Shown piece by piece: positions 25,815-41,100 of a stretch of 64,000 nucleotides of DNA; position 1 is the stretch's first letter, and every line of letters starts with the position of its first letter. Location of the stretch: the NCBI GenBank assembly GCA_046563655.1, contig CM102286.1, forward strand, positions 5,084,001 to 5,148,000. The letters run 5' to 3'. The translations under genes were made by a program, and so were the position numbers. Below the pieces are notes generated by a model that saw only the letters and a list, made by a program, of their open reading frames with translations, was not told the DNA's origin and made no database searches. The stretch is from Yuukianura sp. NJ FZ-2021 (taxonomy: Eukaryota).

Positions 25815-26161
25815 TTATTTGAAGACGGAAGTGCCCGTGAGTGTTGACTCCTGGAAACTACACTCTTGCCAGTCATAGGATCCGCCTGGAACGAAAATTC
25901 CAGTGTTCATGGCGACAGGTAGGGAGTCCAGGTTGGCTGGAACTGGAGACACTGAAGAATCTTCACAGGATCGGAGGAGATTGGGATTAAAATTGTTTCC
26001 TGCCATTGAACTGGATCCAGTTCCAGAAGTACTCCTTCCACCATGCTTCTTACAAAATGTTGGACGACGCAGGAGCATCACCGTCAGAGCTCCCACAATC
26101 AGAATACAAATTACGGCTAGTACGATGATTAAGTAATGTTTTAACCCGGTCTCTCCACGAT
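25815..26161 (-). CDS. Last coding exon of the Sushi/CCP membrane protein: TM helix and cytoplasmic tail
   Basis: Acceptor TTTTTGTACAG|, then RGETGLKHYLIIVLAVICILIVGALTVMLLRRPTFCKK (hydrophobic span followed by basic stop-transfer residues), ending ...LTGTSVFK*. Confidence 0.8.
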
Positions 26162-29100
26162 CTGTACAAAAACCAAGAAAAAAGAACGAGAAAAATTAGA
26201 AAAAAGTAATAAATTTGACCAAAATTTCCTGGAATGTGGGTTTGAAATATCATTTTCGTGTGTTCCCATCCATCCATTGTCCCAGAACAACCTCAAATGC
26301 CCTGTCAACGCCCTTTCCATTCCATTACTTCACACAAAGGAGGGCCCTTTGTTTCAAAGGTAGACTTGAAAGGGCCATGTCTAGAGAAGACATGAAAGTG
26401 TAAGTGCACTTACGAAGATCTAATTCAATTTGTACATCCTCTCAACTGTCAATGTCCTTCTTATCATACGGAATAGGGAAATGGATCAGGAGGAACAATA
26501 ACAATTTGTTAGTGGAAAAACTTACATAAGTAAAGTCTAAAAGCTCTCTCTGGCCAAAACTGTAATTCAATTTCTCTCCACTGCTGCCCCACAAAATGTG
26601 GACATAAAACGGAAATCCATAATTTAATACTTTCTAAAGGGTGGGGACGGAGCTCGAACGGAAAACGAATAAATTCTAATAACAATGTCAAAATGCCAAC
26701 GCAAAAATAGCGACTGCTGGAACCAACAGTGGGCGGGAAACGCAAGAGCTAGATTAATTTTTGGTTTCTGCAACCAAGGACACGCGGTCGTCCGAGGAGG
26801 CTAAAAACGTTAGGCTGGAGCATCCTAGAGTAAATTGGGAAATAAAAAGAAAGTTGTGACAACAAATTCTGGAGGAATGCTTGGGGATTTTGTGTTGTGG
26901 CGTGTCACGTGGGAATTGTAGGACCGTGTTAAGGGGAAATGTTAATGCTCCTCTGGAATTCCAATTGAGAACTAGGCAAGTACATTTATGGAGTGTCTTT
27001 TTTGGAAAAAGTAAATGAACGGGTCACAAATCAGGTTTGGAGTCAAGGGCCGACCCTTAAAAGTTCCAGGACAGAATGCAACACTTTCCATTCAAAGGAA
27101 GGCCTTTGTGGTAACAAGACTTGAGGAAGAAAGGAATTGAAATGGGCCAATACGTTGCTTTTCCCTAAATTGGATGTAGGACATATAAAAGCAAAATATA
27201 TTGCACATGCCATACAACTCAAAGGCAAAAGTGGACTCAAAATGTCACGGGATTAATCAATCTGCGCTACAAGTTATACAGTCCCTTTGTAAACCCTACT
27301 AAACATATGGGAGTTAACTTATTTCAAAATTTGGTGCGTTTTACATACAGTAGTGAATGTCCATGAAAGTAAAACCAACACGCCGACATGAAATGGAGTA
27401 AAACATATGAGACCGGAACGAATGACTCTGTAATTGCTTTGAATTTTTTTTTTGCAGACGCTTAAAAACGAATTGGTATGTTATATAAAATTTATTAAAA
27501 TTTATGAAATTTTCCATGCTGCTTTTTGAATTGCAAATTACTTAGTCGGTTGCGCGAAAAATGAAAGAAATACGAGCAGGTTTTGCCTTTTCTTTGAAGA
27601 GGAACTATGAGGAGAAAGTTTGCGAGGGAAAGTTCTCATATCAATTTTTTTTGTAACCTCGCGCTCTAATTTTTTAATTAATAAGTTCGTAGTAGGTCTG
27701 AATTTGATTGATTCTTTCTAATTGCATTTGTGTCTCACCTTCGTGTGATGATGCAGAGTTTGTGGTTCTTAGTGCTTGAGCAACGCATTGTGAAATGAAT
27801 GTCCCATCTCTAGGGAGCCAAGATCCGTCAGCTCCGCAAGTGATTTTTCCACATGAAACTGTGCAATTAATTGTGTAGCCCATGTCACAGCCAGGAATCA
27901 GGAACGTTCCAAAGGGATACGTTTCTCCCGCCTTGTCGCCCAACTTGAACCGCGTTTTCTCACTTGTGTAGTACCCGTGCTCTATTGGAGGAGGCCTCCC
28001 GCATTGAACCGGCACTGAAAATCAAAAGTGATGTATAGGTCAAATCAAAGCGATCGACTAAAGTGAAGTCTACCGAGGCGGTCAGCCTCTTTGACCTTAG
28101 CGCACACACTACACTGCTCTGTGCGGATTGGTTTAAACTACAACCTGGAACAGACTGATATTTTTCCAATTATTTTGTCTATTTGAACAGAACGAACTAT
28201 CCCCTTGTGACTTTGTGTCAAAGTTACACTGTTTGACTTTCTACAACTTCTACAAAAACCTTCATTTGAACTTTGTCTGCTCATGCGTAAACAGTCTTTT
28301 TCAACAAATCAAAAAATCTCATCAACTGTCTTATACGATTGACATCGTCGGGACCTTAAAATCGATCCCCCCTCAAGTTTTCTGCAACTTTTGACATAAA
28401 AATTGTCGAAAACTTTGCCAAAAAATTAACGAGCTTTTTTATTGCTTACACATGAAAAAAACTGAATTCTTCGAAATTTCAAGTTTAAGCAATCTTTGTC
28501 ATTTTGGTTCGTTATATTTCAGTGAGTTGAAACTCTTTTTAATTAACAAAAGATTTCAAGGAATTAGAATGTCTAATTAAAAAGTTAGGCCAAGTTTCAT
28601 CTCAGACTACATCATTGGCTTTAAACAGGCTTAACTTGTAATTTTGAAGAAAAAAATTGTTCAAAAATTGGATAGAAACAAAAATGAAAATTAAATGTCA
28701 TAGAAAGGCGATGATGTTCAACCTCTGAGCATGCGAGATGTCTTGAGCTTGTTAATCTCACTAAAAAGGGGAGATCGCATGTTTCATTGGAACACTCACA
28801 AGAAATTGTTTCTGATTTATAATTTGGACACTGGGAAGGGTAGACACCTTGGTTCTGTCAAAATCTCTCATCTCTTGTTAAGGGCTCAAGTCAGAAACAA
28901 TTACATTAAAAAACATTGAATTGCCATGATTATGCTTTGGCCAATGGAATCCAATGGGAACCTAACTTTTACTGGAGAACCTCCAGGTGAGTTTGACACT
29001 CCGAAGCTTATCCTCCCATAAAGACTCCAATTCATCAACAAGAACTAGGTGTGGGCCCTTTGGTATGGATACTTATGGACTCTGTGTGCCCTGCAGAGAT

Positions 29101-32100
29101 CACTTTCAGCAGTACGTTCAAGAGCCCTTCACCATTTCTAAAGTGTGGAAAATGGGATCCTTTGTGCTGTGACCTCTGAGAACTTCCCCCCTCTGAGACC
29201 CATGCATCATAATTCCCGCTTTCCGCCCTTGACACCTTCACAAAGTCATTGTAGGTGGAATTAAAGTGGGCCCTTGGTTAACCTGGAGGATTATGGACAT
29301 ACCAAAACTACTTAAAACCAACACTTATGCCAAATGCCCACATTTCACCCTTGGTACACACGCTGTCTCAAAAGAAGAAAGTTACAAGATGTATGAGATC
29401 ACTTCTGACCTTTTGACCACCAATACATCTCTGTGTGTACAGGCCCACGCTGAGCTGTTTACACTTTTTGAAAAATTCATTCTCACAAATTTCCCATTTT
29501 TATGAAGCGTCAAGTCCAGAACTTTTCCAAGTCATTTCACGCCTCTAAAACATTCGAATTGATTTAACCAAATGTTTTATCATTCTCGGAATCTCCCGCT
29601 TGTCATCACCGTTCAAATGTCGCTCTGGCCTTTATACCTGTAGCTCATCATCATAAGAATGTTAGGGAGTTATGAAGTGTCCAACATAGTTCTCGTATGC
29701 CTAAATTGGACACCTACTTTCAGTAGATGACACTGAGGACTCCACCCATTTTCGATCTAAATCCCAAAATGATGATCTTGAGGAGCCATTCACTTAATCC
29801 TGCAACGAGAGTAGTGGAGCAGTATTTCTAATCTTCCCAAAGGAATGTGCGATCCGAATCTCCTTTTCCCAAGGATTCCGCCTGTCATTTCCACCCAATG
29901 CATTCATTCTATTACTCTGCTCCTTTGCTAAAAGGCGGGTCTCATAAAGAATGCAACATTTACGACGATTACGACGAGGGATAGTCTCAGTAGTGACACA
30001 AATTCCCTAGTAGCTCAGAGTTATTTTGCCATTTGTAGATTCTCTACAGCTTATCCTATGAAAGAAGGCGGTTTGTTTGGAACGCTTGACAATTTTTGAA
30101 TGAGAAAAAAGTAGAGGGAAGTTCCATCCTTATGCCATTTGGAGCTTTTTAGACTGCAAAAATTTAGTTTAGAAGTTTAGAAAAATTGTGGGTTCAACTT
30201 TATTGCAATAGAAAGCCAACTTTGTTCTCATTTTGTGTCAGCCTTCAGCTGAGAAAATAGAAAAGGGAGGCGGATGTGTTAAGCACTCAAGCGAAATCAA
30301 AATGAATTGGAATCAGCCAGGAGGAGGTTGTTGGATGGGAAACTTTGGCGCACTTTCTCTTACTTTTGCTGGTGAAAACAACGCTTTTCGCCAAAAAGGA
30401 GAAGTTTTGAGAATATCCATTGAACCTTTAGCCTTAACGTGTGAGTTACTTTTTGTGAGACTATTTTGGCTGATGAAGTTTTGTAAACCTTGTGCGAATC
30501 TAAATCAATCCTAGTATACATAATTTTTTTCGGTTTAAATTTATGAAATTGCTCATGGCATAAATTTGCATATGAATTGTTCCAGACCGCAAGGAATTTT
30601 AATGAAGAGATAACCACTCATTATGCTGCGTAAAATTTAGTGAAAGAATGCTGGCAAGAGAGAGAAAGTGAAAATTAAGGATAACTTTTTCTTAAAAAAT
30701 TTAAAAAGTTTGGAAAGAAGAAAATTATATTCAGTAGATCCGACTTCAATAGCTAAGGTGCAAAGTTTTTTTTCCAAAAATTAATCCAAAAATACCAGAG
30801 AGGAAGATGATCTCAAAAAGTTTTGGATTTCAAAATTCAATTTCCAAATGCCACAAGGGATTTGGAAAGTATTATCTGTAGTTTCCGTGTGAGTAGAAAA
30901 CCATGTTCATCTCACCATTCTCAAATCCCATAACACTTTTTGACAAAAAAGCAAACTTTGTACATTTTTAGCAAAAAATAAGTTAGGGTAAGACAGACGC
31001 ATTAGTAAAGGTGGCACACGCCAATGTTCCGAATGAATTTATCCGAAACGCATTGCTCCGAAAGAATTGCCACGAAAGAATTCCTCCAAATGGAAACTTG
31101 ATCTATTAAGTCACAAGGGTAAGTAGGTTAATATGCAATACTATTTTCGGAGCAATCTGACTTTCGGAGGAATTGGTTTCGTGGCAGTTCGATCCGGAGA
31201 AATTCTTTCGGAGCAATGACATGGAACCGTTAGCAAAAAGTCTAGTACATAAAAATATGGAAATTGTAAAATAAAAAGAGACTCTTGGCTGTTCCAGAAT
31301 ACCGAAAAGTCTTGTCGGCATTTCAGTGCATCTCTGGTGTTGTTTTGTTTTCCCTGAGCGCTAAGCCTAATTCCCTAATGAGAATCTCCGTAAAGAGACA
31401 GAGGCGGCGGAGCGTAGTGTCAGAATCTCCATAAGTAGACTAATTTATATGATACTTAAGGGATATCGTTAAAAATCCTCTAATCACCGACGCGGATCTT
31501 TCACGGTCCGAATCCATGAAAGAGAGTGCGGGAACATTTGAAATTCTAATATTCCCGCCACAACCACAGCCACAAACACCGAAGTGTTATGATAAACCGG
31601 TGCCTTTAGTAGTCTCATTACTCAAATCTCAATTAACTTATTTTATTTTCCTGCCCTCTTAATTCAAATTACCTTAGATTTGTTCAATAGATATGTTTTA
31701 AGGTGCGAAGCATTTGAAGATAATGATAAACATTCAGTGTGATTACTTTTAGGTAACTTTCTAAAAATCTTGTTTTCACAAAATATATTGCTGCAGAAGT
31801 AAATTTTTGAAACTTTTCTTGTACTAATGTCGAAATGAAGCTGAGGCTGAGGAGTACGGGCAAAAGTTCCAAACTTTGTCGCAGTGCATGGAAATAGTAA
31901 ACTTTGTGGTTGGTTTTGGTGCTTTTAGTACGGGTTTTACAACATTCGAGTCGCTAAATGTTTAAAGGCCTTTGTTTTGGAACTTTTAGTTAGACATTGT
32001 ACGGCAACCAAACTGTCAAAAAATGAAAAAAATTATGAAAAACGGCCGCGCTGGTTCAAAAAATGACGCCGAAATGACGAATAAAGAACAGCGGGTTTAA

Positions 32101-35100
32101 CTTTAACTTTTTAGAAATTAGGTTCAAAAGTTATGGATTCTGAAGCCTGGAAAATTGGCCCGGTTACGCTCAAAGTATTTTCTTAACTTTTTGTGAATGA
32201 AGACGGACTTAAGTTTTAAAACAATTTTGTGAGGGCAATTAATTCTAAAACAAACTTTTGGAGGAACTCCTTTCATTTCGACATTCGCCCCGCCGTTTTC
32301 ATTGACCTTTTCAAACGTACTTGTTCAAAAATGGTTTTTGAAGAAAACGCCTTTATTTTACTAAACACCAGGAATCAACTACTACCGTTAAGTAGAATAA
32401 GTTTTAATTCAAAAATTTGTAGCTCCACTTGACGTCTCCCAAACTGTCAAAAGTTGTCAGCGGGAATCCTCCATTTTTAATTCGGTAGCAAATTCTTACA
32501 CTGCACGCTCCCAGTGCCTCCTATTGCTTCCTGGGCACCAAACTTAAACTTTTGGACAGTTTAAATTCTCCAGAAGTACCCGCATTCTATTCACTTGGTT
32601 TCGGAAATGTAATTTTGGAGAAAATGTCCGGGGGAGTTGTCATTTTACACCCACACAGTACAGAGAGGCTTCATTTCTGAAGGGCTGCGTCACCCGGAGT
32701 TGCTGAATTATTGAACAAGTTACAGGAAAAATACAAACAAGACAAATGGGACTCCGTCTTTGGCGTTTGAGGCCTCGTGGATGGAAGGAAACTTTGAAAC
32801 TTTTGAATTCCTCACTGGTGTAAGTGATCATTTACGACACGCACTGAATTCCCAATGACTTTTGAGCAAATAACTAAACTTCTATTCAGGAACTCTGACT
32901 CCTTCCACAACTGTTTGAATCCAGAACGCCAATATCTCGTCTGTGCTTACTTTCTCCACAGAAGTATCAACGCAATACAACTTTCTCTTCCTTTTTTTCT
33001 TTTTTTTTGAAAAATCGCGGGTGTTTGAAGCCTCCGGGAAAGCCAAAAATTGCTCCCGCCGTCCTTTCTGTCCACTCTTATCTCGGAATTGGAAAACGTT
33101 TCCTGCAAGACAAATCTCCGTGTTTTCCAATTCTCCAAAGTATATACTTTTATATTCTCCTATCGTGGAATTTGATGCGATTCTATTGTATTCGGGGTAA
33201 GCGGGAACTCTTAAACCGGAACTGTCAACACGGAGATATCACTGAAGTTAATGGCCCTTTCAAAATCGGTTCCTTCCCCGTCGCCACAGTTAGTATGTTA
33301 TTACATTCGGCTTTGATAGTACAAGAGCTCGAAAGTCATTTTCCGACCTCTGTTTGCAAAATGTCTCGTCTCAACAATTGCAGAGTATTAACAAGTTGAA
33401 TGTCCACCATAATGTTTGTGTTCCAACTTTATAACTTCTCAAGACGAACAAAAGTTCCCACGCCGTCGTCAAGAACGCTTTGTTCTCAGAATACTTAATA
33501 TTACTCGTATGCCATTGTTTCCCATTTGTCATTCGCCACGTCGTTGTGCCCAGCACGTTAAAGTTAAGCTCTTTTTTCAAATGACGTCTCAAGCTCCTTT
33601 GTTATGGAGCCATGGTGATAATTCTTTCATTGTTAGCCTAACATTTAACATAATACTAGTCTTTACAGTCCTTAAGACTTGATGAGTCTTGGGAGGCCTC
33701 GTTCTTAAATGTCAGGAGATCCTTTCATTCGCAATGACCCGTACTTAGGAAAACGAAAGGACTACCCTGTCATTTAAAGTTTTCGAAAGTTCGATCCATT
33801 AATGCATCGTTAGCACTCTGAAGTTATTTTGTCTCCGAAAGAGCATCTCCCTGTTTTCTTCGTGTAATGACAATGGATTGTCTGATGAGAGCGTCTCAGC
33901 CTGTGGTCGCAATGGCCTAACAAGCCTAGTATTTTCAAGTGACAGTTTGACCTGTCAGGCCATTACGGACTTTAATTCGGCCTAATTGACATTTGGAAGT
34001 AATTAAATATCTTCATTTAAGTGAAAACTTTAAAAGAAGATGTGACAGTTGTCAAGAGATTTAGAAAAGGACAATAATAGTTTGGACAGTCTGCGCCGCT
34101 TGGACCGGTGTAGACTGTTAGAAAGGCGGAGAGATGAAGAAAGTCTATCTTCCGCTTAAATTCAAATTCAAACTTTCACTTGCCGCCTCTTCTTCTAGGA
34201 AAGATTTACCTTACCTAGATTCGTATCTTTTACAAGGTTCAAAGAGATTTTGAACCAAAACCGAACTGAGGACGAGGAGTTGCGGTAGCTGGTCTGAATG
34301 CATGATTACATCGATTACTCAAGGAGCAATGGGCAAAGGGTCGGGGCCCTTTGAGAAGATGAGCTCTAGGTAAAGGAGTTTGGAAGATGCGGAGATGATC
34401 CAAGGGTGCGTAATTAGTGCGTAGGGACCTTGTTCCCTGTAATAATGGCCGCCAAGCTTCAGTGAACATGACCTGACTCCCTAATAACCACCCAGTAGCA
34501 ATTGCTCATTTAAACTCTGTTACTACTAATTTTGTGGATCTCTAATTTTCTCCATTAGAAATAAATTAAGTTGAGAAAATACATCATCTCAATGACAGGA
34601 ACAAGGCTTGTAACAGGCTATTCTCATTCTGTATTTTGACCCCTTAGGAATTGATGAAGAAAGGTCACGCATAGGCTTCAATGAACTTTTTCTTGCTGCA
34701 ATGCTTATTAAGTAGCTTTGCACAATGCACCCAAGAGCCACTCCTACGCGTTTCAAGTAGCTCAAATACTTTTGTGTAATTAACTCGCCTCAACTTAAAA
34801 ACTAATTGATTAATAGCTCAAAAGCTTAAAACGCTTTCGGGCACTTGTAGTATGTAAAAGCTTTGCTTGTTCGAAATTATTCACAACAAAAGCATGTTAT
34901 ACACTCATAAACAAAAAAAAAGGATTCCAGAAAAAAAAAATTTTTCACCCAAATTTTATTTTAAATCGGTTTGGTATGAAAAAAAAATCAAATTACTACA
35001 AAATAAAGTATCGATAAAAAATGGGAAAAATTCAAATAAGATTCATTCAGAAATTGTTAAAATTAGAAAAAAGTTAACAGTTTGATGAACAAACTGGATT

Positions 35101-38100
35101 TGGAGACACGGCACGTCAGAGTTATATACAAAATGGAATGTATTCTCCGTGGAGGTAAGCCTTCGGGCCAAGTGAAGCGGTGCGTGAAATCGGGCAAAAG
35201 AAAACTTTCTTATTTCGTGCAGACTTAATTTGCACTTCTTTTGGAAACTAATTAATAATTTTGGGGTTTAGAGCGGTTTAGGCGGACTTTTCCTGGATTC
35301 CGAGAAAGAGGCGGGCGGGCTTGAGAGAAAGTTGAGTCTCAGGCTTTTCCTTCTTCAGTGTTTGAATTAGAATCGCTTCACCGAAGTCGTTGGAGAAAGA
35401 GGCTAAAACTTAAGCAGCGGAGGAGAAAGTTCGTTTCCTGTGGTTCAAAGTACAAGTAGGGATCTGGAAGACCAAGGGATTTGAAAATTGAAGCAAAAGC
35501 TTTAAGCACCGTGGGTCTTTAGACGAAATATTGCTAACTTGTCCTCAGAGAGCAACCAAATTAGAAGAACAAACAGAAGTGCTTCAAGTCTATACGCTCC
35601 TGAGGTACGAATAAATTCGTTTTCAAGTAGGCAAAGAGACTTCTAAAGTTCCCCAGTTTCCCAATTCTATTAACCATTTTGCTTCCGCTTTTGGCCTTAA
35701 CCTAACCTTTGGAACTAAAGAGGACGACAGGGCTCTACTAAAGTCCTTTGAGCTTTGAATTTTTTCAAAAAATGTTTGGAGGATTTGAGACTTCACGGCG
35801 GCGACTCTGTGCTGCGCAGTCGTCGTCGTTGAACTACACTTTGGGAACCGTTGCTTCTTAAAGCTGCTGGAGTTCCAAACTCATTTACTTTTAATGGAAT
35901 GATTTAGGAAGCCGCATTAGTCAGACGAAGATCCATATCAGATTCCCCGCTTTTCTATGGATCTCCCTACGCTCTGTGCCGACCGAGACTTGCGTACCTT
36001 CAGAATCTTGAGAAGATGGTTCAAAAGTTGTAACTTTGGAGAGACCAACATCGAAACCCAAAGTTTGGTCTACCACTGCCTAGTTAACTATTAATTTGAA
36101 AACAGGTTACACGCAGCCAGTGAGATGGCATAAATCATAAATAGATTCCTGACAGACATGCGCACCCAAGACATAAACCTTAGGAGTGTCGACGTATTCT
36201 TCAATTAATATTGTGAACCGTCAGATGCAGTAGGAAGTGGAAGCCAGCAGCTGCCACTGCCAAACAATTCTGTGTAAAATGCAGAAAGAGCAGAGTGGAG
36301 GGAGTAACTATACAGAAGAGATTGGAGGGAGTAACTATACATGATAATGAGCTGGAGCTGGGGATCATTCATTCCCAACTTAATTTCCACCCATCATCTT
36401 CATCCCTTGCAAACTTCATTGTTCACAACCTAATTATAAATGCATCCAAAGGAACTACCTCAAAAGCAGCAGCTTTTTTCCATTCTGTTGAGAATCTAGC
36501 CAGACGGCTGGAAACGCGTGTTCTAAAAAAAGAATTTGGATTTTTGAACAAAAGGAAAAAAATTCTGTTGCATGAGACTGGTTCTATTGTGGGCGGGTGA
36601 GGGCATGGCAGCACTTTCCAAAATTTGCGGATAAAAGTGTCAAAAAAGTTGTGTTGCATGCAGGTAATAATAGCTGTGGAGTTAAAATTGAATGAAGTTT
36701 GGCGCTTAGAACAACCATAACTTCGCAAATATGCCGTAGGCTTCTAGACATGCTGAACAAACAATATGTTGCAACTTGAGGTGAATCCGTTTCGGATTCA
36801 TTTCCGTTGAATCAAAATAAGCCTGCTCTTGGCAAATACACCAACGCTGTGCATACATTTTGAATTTGCAGAAAAGATGCATCCGTCTGCAATTTCTGCT
36901 TCGGCTGGAGTGCTTCCTCCGGAAAATTTTAAATAATCGCCTGAGGAAACAGATTTGTATTTAGTTTTAGTGGATTATAGTTTTTCAATTTCAGCGTTAC
37001 GTGTCAGCCTAGGAAGCCTAGGAAGATTGCAGTTTTAGGCTACATTCCAACTATATCAGGTCAAAGGTCAACGGGGAGTCGGAATGCTAAGTCGCCGGCA
37101 CCCCGCCAAAAATCACATCAATTGAACCTATCTAAATTACATGTTCTCGGTTTAAGTGGTGGGGATGACGGTGCTAAAGTGAATTAGCTCCGTGTTAAAG
37201 AGAGCCTTTGAGACACCCTGCTGGAAGAGGCTTCCTTAAGTGATGGGCTACTGTGGCGATGTAGTCGGTAGTTCGTGGTAAAATTTACGCTAGAAGATCT
37301 TTATCTCAACAGCTTCTGGTGATCACCCACCACAAAGTAGTGTAGTCATGACGGTTGTGGTGGCTACAATATACGATAGTGGCCGTAACCATTCCTGATC
37401 ATACCTTACACATTCTGGAACTCCCAGAATCTCGGTTTCAACTTATTCAAAATTTTCAAATAACACAAAAGGCTTTTCTAGAAAAAGAAAATGGACACAA
37501 AAGAGCGACGAGAGGAGATACGTCTAGGCTTGTGTCGAGTTTGGATTTTTCTATTCAACGAAAATCCCGCCAAAATTGGAACGCAAATACAAAGCTACTA
37601 CACACGAGGAAACCCAATGTCTCATGCTTTATTTCCAAGTCTTTCATAACGCTTCGTTGCCTTATACGCAATATCCTGTTACTCCATGAGCCTTACATCC
37701 GTGTGCTTCTAGGAGGACGTTGCCGAATTTGGAAAATTTTGAATTCGAGAAAAGAATTGTTCAACTTTTTTAGAAATCCTAAGTTACTTTGTTTCGTGGA
37801 GCATAAAGATGGAAAAACGAAAAAATTGAGTGGAGTTTTGATCCTTTAAAGCTCTAAATGGAGTTTCACTTTAAACAAATGAGAGGTCTAAGACTATTAT
37901 TAGAGCCTAGACAAAGTTAATATTTTATTCCATGGGAAATGGAGGGAAGGCTTAAGGAGGGGAGAAAGTTCCAAAGTCAACTTTTAAGTGCGATGAAGCC
38001 AAGTCCTTTCTTTCCACTTACTTCCAACTTGGAGGCATATTGATCTTGGTCGCTCAACAAAAAGTTCCAGTCCACAAAGTGATATAGTCGAGACTTTGCA

Positions 38101-41100
38101 AAATGTGAACGACGAGGACGAGGAAGTTGCCGACGCTGCGCGCCTTGGAGGGAAAAAATGGAAAACGAAAAAGTACAGGATTCAGCAAATCCTGGAGGCT
38201 TGTTTCATATATCCCAGTCGTTTTCAACAGGCAAAATTGGATTTTGTGGTCAGGCTTTTGCTACAACTTCCAGAGCAACATGTATCCATGCTGGACACTC
38301 GTAATTGTTATAGACAGAAATTTATTTTTGGACTGCTTGTAGAAAAAATTTTTGACAACGTTTCACTTTTGGAGCAAATGATCCCATAAAAATATGGATA
38401 GAGCAATCTAGCACGAGAAAAAAATACAACTTTTGTGTAAAACTCTGAAATATTTTTGCCACTTTCTCTTAAAGTTTTCATAACTTCACAAAAAGATTTC
38501 CTTGGAGAAAACCAATTACCTTCCTGTAGTGTTTTGCATCCCAGTGAAACCCAGTACTAAATTGAAAATAACAATTTTCTGAAAATAGAATTTAATCTTT
38601 TGTGAAGTTTTCAAGAAAAGCTGAAATGTGATACTTGATGTCATATACTGAAGAGATGATGTGAAGGGAAACATGACAAGACACGACAGTGGGAGCTTTA
38701 CATTTTCCTGGACGAGTTCTACGAAGGGCTCCAACAGCTTCTAAAGAGTGCCTCTTAAAAGTGAAAGTCATACCTAAAGAAAGTTAGTACAGATTTTAAT
38801 CTCAGGTGAGAGACGTTTCAGACATGACATCACGTAACAAAAGACAAGAGCGGAAATTGAATCTGCCTCAGTTTCCAACACACACGTCCCAGTAGTTGTA
38901 CATAGTCCTTGTCATAACTTTGGTTTAAAATTTACCGCACAAAAATTGGATCAGGTTTTCTTAAAATTGAAATCTTCAACAAGTCTTACTTTTTTCAGAC
39001 TAGAAGCATAAGGGAGGGTATGATTTCAAATATCTTTTGACAGAGATGTCCTTTTCAATTTTCGTTTTGAACTTTTTTTTTCAAAGTTTCTGAGAAACGG
39101 GGAAAGCATAGCTGTGATGGAGAAACACTTTGAACTTTTGACCCCGAGTTATTAACTGTATTGACAAAGACGGCATGAAATATATATTGAAATTCGTAGT
39201 TTGCTCAAAGGAAAAGCAAACACTGAGGCTTTGAGTAAATAACAGCACGGAACATCCCAAATATTTAATAATAAAAATGACTAGAACTTGGAAGTAAAAG
39301 CAAAGTAATAACTTATAAGTCCACAAACGAAAAAGATTTTCGTAAAAGTGAAAGTTGAGCGAGTTGAGATTGCACTCAAAAGTACATTAGGCTGCTAAAA
39401 ATTAAGAGCATATAAGAACTGGCTTAACTCGAATAACTTTTTCTATTAAAACTTTAAATGGGGAAAAAAGCCCATTTGTTGCTGGGAAGCAAGACGGCTG
39501 GAGAGGAAGCAACCAAACTTTTCAACATTTTTTACTCTAATAAAACTTCGGAGTTCTGCACACAATGGACTAGAACTTCTATGTTATTTTTCAAATTGAA
39601 ATTAAAACTAAACAAGTCAAAAGTATAATCTTCAAGTGGCATACCTAAAATTGTGAGTTTAGAATCATCAATCAAAACATTTCCGTTCAAAACAAAAGTG
39701 AAGTGAAAGTTAGAGTTCAAAGTTCTGTTTAGAGTTATATTTTTTAGCAGTTTCAAACGCATCAGTGATGCAACTTATTTCTAGAAAAAAATCATTAAAA
39801 TTGACACGGGAGAAGGGCGGGTCTATGTCGGTAGGTTTGATTTCAAATTCCTTGAAGCTATTGATTTTGGCTTTGGTTTAGACTTACATCTCAAAATGAA
39901 CAATTTCAAAGTGTTTGGTGTTTGAAGTAAAGGAATAAGATTACCCCGAGGGATAAAATCCGAAGATTTGAGATTGTTAATCTTAGTTGAGATCTCGACA
40001 TTTCAGCAAATTAGTTTTCCTTTGACGGAAAAATATTTGGAAGTAATGGAGAGAAAACTGTCGAAGGATGAAGCTTCTTCTATTGAGAAAAACCAAAATG
40101 GAGATCAGTATAGCCTACAGTAGTCAAACAGTAATAATAGCCTCAGTCCACTCAGAGTGGTTTTTCGTGGGTAGTTTAGCTAAAAGTCACTTACTTAATT
40201 ACTTTCTGAGCCTTGGAGAGATGGTTGGGGATAACAACTCCAGAAGCATCAGCATTTATCAATGTCTTCTTACCTCTGAAAAAGAAATTCCAACCGCCGG
40301 AAACTTCAGTTAGCTCCGGTCATTTGCAATCCTGACGCTAAAAAGCTGCTGAAGAGAAGCCATCAGTTATACGCAAGTTCTCAATTAATTTTGGTCTTCA
40401 ACTTTCATAAAGTGTTAAAGACTTTGTTAACGTCGTCAACATTATTTCACGTTTAGCATGAAAAATGAAAGCGTGGAAAAGTTAAATGCTAGATCGCATA
40501 TAATACTCCGTTAATTGTTTTTTGAAGACTTCACGTTCAGAATTTTGAAATTTGGATTAACTTGAATTAGGTGAGGCTGGTTAGGTTAGAAAATTTGTAT
40601 TGACTTAGAATTAGCAGGAATTAGATGAAGCCGAATGAGTTTCCTTTGAAGCTAAGTAGACGTGTTGCCCGTGTTTTCGATTCTGACTCCCGATTAAAGT
40701 TCGACACGTATTTTGTCTATCGTACAATCTGATTCTTCCGACTTCAAATGAATCTTTAATCGGATTCGGAAAGTGATTGATGAAGTAACATTTCACCGCC
40801 CCATCTTAATCCAACTTCCAACTGCTGTTGTATCTCCCACGAAGCGCATCTCCAATACAACACAACATTCGTCAGTCCTTCAAAAATTGGATAGCCCAGA
40901 ATTTGCCGAAATATTTCAATGCCAAGAGCAATGGATGTTTTGTATAGCCCTAACGCCCTAACGCATCTCCCTTAGGTATAACATTTTTTTAATGAGCTCC
41001 GGATTCAACACAAAATGCAGGAAATCAAACGGATGCGTTCAAAATTACATTATTTCCGGTAGAGTAGTGCACCAAATGGATTTATTTAGAGCTATGCACA

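Noticed and set aside
37355..37849. 164-aa plus-strand ORF inside the large intron
   Set aside because: Starts at TTG, has no motif, and its composition is typical of translated AT-rich non-coding DNA.
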